A stretch of 63,622 nt of DNA, counting the filler, from Stramenopiles sp. TOSAG23-2 (Eukaryota), in NCBI GenBank assembly GCA_900128395.1. It is 30 parts of 30 records of this genome, joined end to end, with 100 filler letters (N's around TTAATTAATTAA, not from the genome) between each part and the next. Parts side by side here need not be neighbours in the genome. Positions count along the whole stretch, not along the records: positions 59,498 to 61,510 come from LT652122.1; positions 61,611 to 63,622 come from LT652123.1; 28 more parts are not named here. One strand, written 5' to 3'. A program made the position numbers and the translations under genes. Positions 59,498-63,622 of the stretch are shown one piece after another. Each line of letters opens with the position of its first letter. The first letter of the stretch is position 1. Under the pieces are notes generated by a model. It worked only from the letters and a program-made list of their open reading frames with translations. It did no database searches and was not told where the DNA came from.

Positions 59498-61510
59498 TAA
59501 TTTCCTTCTCCATCTTCGTTTTAATCTCTCCATTCTCCTCTTTCAATCGTTCAATTTCCTCCTTCAATCTACGAACTTCATTTATGGTACATTTTTCTTC
59601 GTCGGCCTCAATGTCAATTCCTTTCTTCTTAATAGCTTTTAATGATATAACACGTTCTCTATCAATTGCATCGTCTTCTAATGGGTTATTTGTCCATTTT
59701 ACATCAACAGATTGTAACCAAATTCTAAAATCTCGTCGAAAACACCATTTACAACATCTCCATCGAGAAAGCCGTAAACACACCTGTTTAAGCCCACCTG
59801 CCAATTTTTCTCTCTTTTCCATCCAAGCAAACCAGACACATGCAACCAAGCCGCAAATGAAGCAAATTATATTCAATATTAAGACTATCACCTCAAATAT
59901 TAGGCTCATAACAATATTAGGATTTACATTATCACCTGATTGAAGTCTACTACCGTACGGATAAACAATAAAGACCCCACCTATCCATATAGTTAAGAAA
60001 GAACAAGCTAACATCAATATCTCTAAACGTGTCAACGTCTTCGTTTGAAACGGTTGAACCAAGATGGTATGTACCAGCACCCCACCAACGATACCAATTG
60101 CTAATAGCACCTGTAGGTCATCCACAAATATTCCTACAAGCACAAGCAACACTTTTCGTATCATCACAGTAACTTCATGCAAGTAATGTTTGCGATTGTA
60201 TCCATCATATAGTAAACCAAGCCTGGTTTGTGTTCTAGGTTCGTCTAATGTATTCCTAAATTTACGTAGCAGAAAGAACGTGAAGAAAGGTATGCCAAAC
60301 ACATAAATGATAATACATGGAATACCTACACGGGTCTGCCACCATACATGATTGCTGTCGGAACATTTCACTTCTGGGTCTACTGAAAAATACAAATCAT
60401 TCGAATTGGATGCTGTTTTGCGTACAGCATTTTCTTGCTGAAAATCCGTTTTAAGCCGTTGGCATTTAAATAAAAGCATGGTACGCTGCGTAATGGAAGG
60501 ATAAAATAAATATAAAAACAAAACAATTGTTCCTAATAATTTGGATTTTCTTTCCTTCTTCTTATAGTACCGACGACCACAGGTATGCCACCCGACGATG
60601 GCACACAAAATCACAAACGGTGGTAGCAATGCAAATCCTAACGTTTTATAATATTCCAGTCGTGCGATGGAGTACGATTGAAACACACATCGTACATCTA
60701 GATACGAATATCCAACTGATGATACCATTCCTTGTAGCCGAAACAGTTCTATGTAGGTATGTGGCCAAGGAATATTCATTGATAATATTAATGAACTTAA
60801 TTGCAAGTAGGATATGAAAATTTTTCGAGCACCCTTGGAGTTTTGAAAGGCTCCTTTGCGTTTGATAACAAGACCCCATAGTAGAAACCACATAAAAAAT
60901 ATGATGCCAATGAGGACAAGCGCCAACAACACTATACTTACAGTTGTGTCAGCACATTTAATGCATTTACCTTTGCCACGGCGTGTCCATCCTGGTAAAC
61001 AATCTGCGCAAATGACGGAATTATTGCGATGTCCCAAGGTCGCGTTGCATCCAATTGCTACATCGACTGCTTGCTGGCATTTCCGAGCCTCGTAATCGTT
61101 CTGGTTGATAACACCTAAACACGCACATGCGTGGAAACAACGTGCAAATGTTGGAGGGTCAGAATCGGGAAATCTCCAATAACCCATTTTTGTTTTAATG
61201 TCATCTTTTGAAATGGCAGCCTCGCATTCGCCGCCAAATGGGCAAGGCTCACACACGCTATCTCTCGCATCTTCAACAACGGCTTTTAAATATGTCCCAG
61301 CAGAACAACTACGTGGGCATGATTTAGTTATATCATCATCTTGCGATGCAATAACTCCTTCTTGTAAATTCCAACGACCAGATGGACATTTTTGACATGC
61401 CGTTGTAACGGAGGATTGGCCAGACAGAACACCAACCCTAGATATTGGGCATTTCAAACATGCACGTAATATATCACTGCGTTTATTTAACGATACAGCA
61501 TTTCCATATC
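59498..61510 (-). CDS. Large receptor-like protein: Cys-rich (ephrin-receptor-like/GCC2_GCC3) ectodomain plus multi-pass membrane region; partial at both ends
   Basis: CQKCPSG, CEPCPFGGEC, GYWR, CADCLPGW, KIFISYLQL, LFYPSIT, LGLLYDGY, VQPF. Confidence 0.88.
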
Positions 61511-61610
61511 NNNNNNNNNNNNNNNNNNNNNNNNNNNNNNNNNNNNNNNNNNNNTTAATTAATTAANNNNNNNNNNNNNNNNNNNNNNNNNNNNNNNNNN
61601 NNNNNNNNNN

Positions 61611-63622
61611 GAAAATAAAAAAAAACGTAATTACGAGAGATTTCCCTTTCAATTTCTTAAGCGCCCGTTAGATCCTCGAAAAAAAATATTAAACCATATT
61701 ACAGATGCCGTTCCAGGTAGTGTTGCAGATAATGATGAAGAAGAAAAACGTGATAAAAAACTAGATTGGATTGTTAATTTTTTAAAAAGACGTTTAGATT
61801 ATAGCCCAACTCCAAATATTTATATTGAGGGAAAGAATGATCAATTCATGAAAGTATTTAAAGCTGCTATTTTTGTTGCATATCTTTCTAGTAATGCATC
61901 TGCTGGCTTTGAAACAGAAATTGAGTCAAATGAAAAAAATGATATAGTAGGTGAAGATGAAAGCAGCGATGATGATGGTGATGAAGGTGGCCACTATCAT
62001 AAAAAGACATATAAAAGGAAAGTGACATCCAAAAAAGAAAAAGATGCTTTCCGACTTATGTTACGGCTATATTCTGCTGAATTAGGTATAATGTTTTTAA
62101 ATGGTTTAGATATATTTAAACCGATGGATGATGGTGAAGGGCAAATATCGTATGATGTAATAAAAAAAGAACAAGAATTTAACGAAAACTTAACAAAGTT
62201 AACAACGCAACTAAAAAGTGAAACTGATCCATCTACAATTAAACAAATAGAAATTCATTACGAGCATTTGAAAATCATTTCAAAAGTTAGTGATGTGTTA
62301 GGATCAGCTATTGGATATGAATTGCACGGTAGCGAATTTGTTAAACGTTTACGAAGTGCAAATGTAATTGAAAGTACTTCTAAAATAGAGAATGAAATCA
62401 TCACCCGTAATAGCACTGTTAGAGGATTTGAGACAACAATACGTGAAAATATAAGCAAAGTAGATCATCTAAAAGCGTTAGAATCTATTTCAAAGACGAA
62501 GAATAACAAGTATATAAATCTTGCCAACAATCTTCAAAAGACAATAGATAACATGGAAATTGAACTGAAACGACAAACAGAAAGTTTGAAGCAACATATT
62601 AATAAATTGGAGGAAATAAGACAAAAGCGGAAAGAAAACCAAGACGAATTTCCAAGGAATGCATTTACACCATTCTCATATTATGAGTTGAAATATACTG
62701 ATAGGTGGGAATCGCTTGAGCAAGATGATCCACGTTTGCAAGTAATAAGCTATGATCAGATGATTTTAAGTAGCAATGAGTTAAAAAAAAAAGAAAATGT
62801 TGAAAATTTAATACAATTATTTGATCAAGTTAACGGTAAAACTGCAAATACGGAAGGTCATAAGACGAGTGAAGCAGATAAAATTGAAAGTGTCATATCG
62901 TTACAAGTATGGGAAAGAGTAATAACACGAATGCTTTTACAGCTATATGAAGTGCGCCGCTTTAAAAAAATATCCCAAATCGATACATTAGAGAAGTGGT
63001 GGGAGGATCGCAAAGAAGCATCGGAAAAATTAAAACTTGATGTAGACAAATTTGAAAATGAAAATAGTAACAAATTTGATCAATTTCAAACTACATTTGA
63101 AACCAATCGAACATTGTATTCCGAAAAACATGCGTATGACTCTGATTTCCTAAAATGGATGAAAATGGTATTGCCAAATAAATCTAATGAGTCGTCATAT
63201 GAAGGAAAAGTTCTTATAGTATCAAATATGGATCCGAAATTAACTAAATGTCAAGATATTGTTGATTTATTTACACGATACGGCACGATTTTACATGTAC
63301 ATATTGAGGAAGATAACAAAAATGCGAAAGTTTGTATGCAAAACTGGAAGGAATTAGAGAAAATTATGACACTGTACAATACAAAAGGCACGCGCAAAGT
63401 ATTTTCTTTAAGTGGAAGAAAATTAAATATTAAGAAAATGAACATTGAATCTGAGAAAAGATTCTTAAATAATGTTGGTAGAAATTTCGATGATTTTTTA
63501 AAAAATAGAATAGACAATCATGAGACTATTATGAAAGCATTAATAGAGGAAGTGAACGATTTAATTCATCAGAGGGCGTATTGGGTATCGAAAAATGGCC
63601 ACAAGCAATTAGGACTTATTGA
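61611..63622 (+). CDS. Internal fragment of a large protein with coiled coil and RRM-like domain; absent from the ORF track
   Basis: The frame from 61611 (ENKKKRNYERFPFQFL...) appears open across the contig; RRM-like VLIVSNMD...LFTRYGTILHVHI...AKVCM...LSGRKLNI at about 63210-63435. Confidence 0.8.

Noticed and set aside
2039-61610. Regularly spaced TTAATTAATTAA palindromes resembling a CRISPR-like or periodic array
   Set aside because: They are always embedded in 44 N on each side and are a synthetic six-frame-stop linker. The 2.1-kb period reflects size-sorted contigs.

Overview
This window is not a continuous locus. It is 30 unrelated contigs of about 2.0 kb, sorted by decreasing length (2038 down to about 2012 bp). 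They are joined by an artificial 100-nt spacer (44 N, TTAATTAATTAA, 44 N), so gene neighbourhoods across spacers mean nothing. The source is an AT-rich eukaryote using the standard genetic code, with sparse GT-AG introns of about 100 nt, poly-Asn tracts and a eukaryotic 5S rRNA. A Sig1/Ocm-type mastigoneme-like protein points to a stramenopile; a heterotrophic flagellate single-cell or metagenome assembly is my inference. Recognisable genes include a TBL/PC-esterase, an Arf-like GTPase, CAD-type aspartate transcarbamylase, a METTL7-like methyltransferase, a spliced sulfatase, a spliced YqaJ-like nuclease, uronate isomerase, SBDS, RTRAF, HSBP1, a GIY-YIG nuclease, a TDRD3/RMI1-like OB-fold RGG protein, an MDR oxidoreductase and a scramblase-like protein. 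The most notable signals are: (1) two paralogues of a multi-pass membrane/LRR/LNR family that share a near-identical 64-nt block amid diverged sequence; (2) immune-like modules, namely an MLKL-like non-RD kinase and WD40 repeats with high nucleotide identity; (3) a RapZ C-terminal-like domain fused to a U1-type zinc finger; (4) SBDS with an unusual C-terminal domain; (5) TACGAA/TTCGTA motifs clustered after stop codons and GC-rich CCAG/CTGG motifs before start codons; (6) long imperfect fold-back hairpins. All family calls come from motif recognition by eye; no database searches were run.
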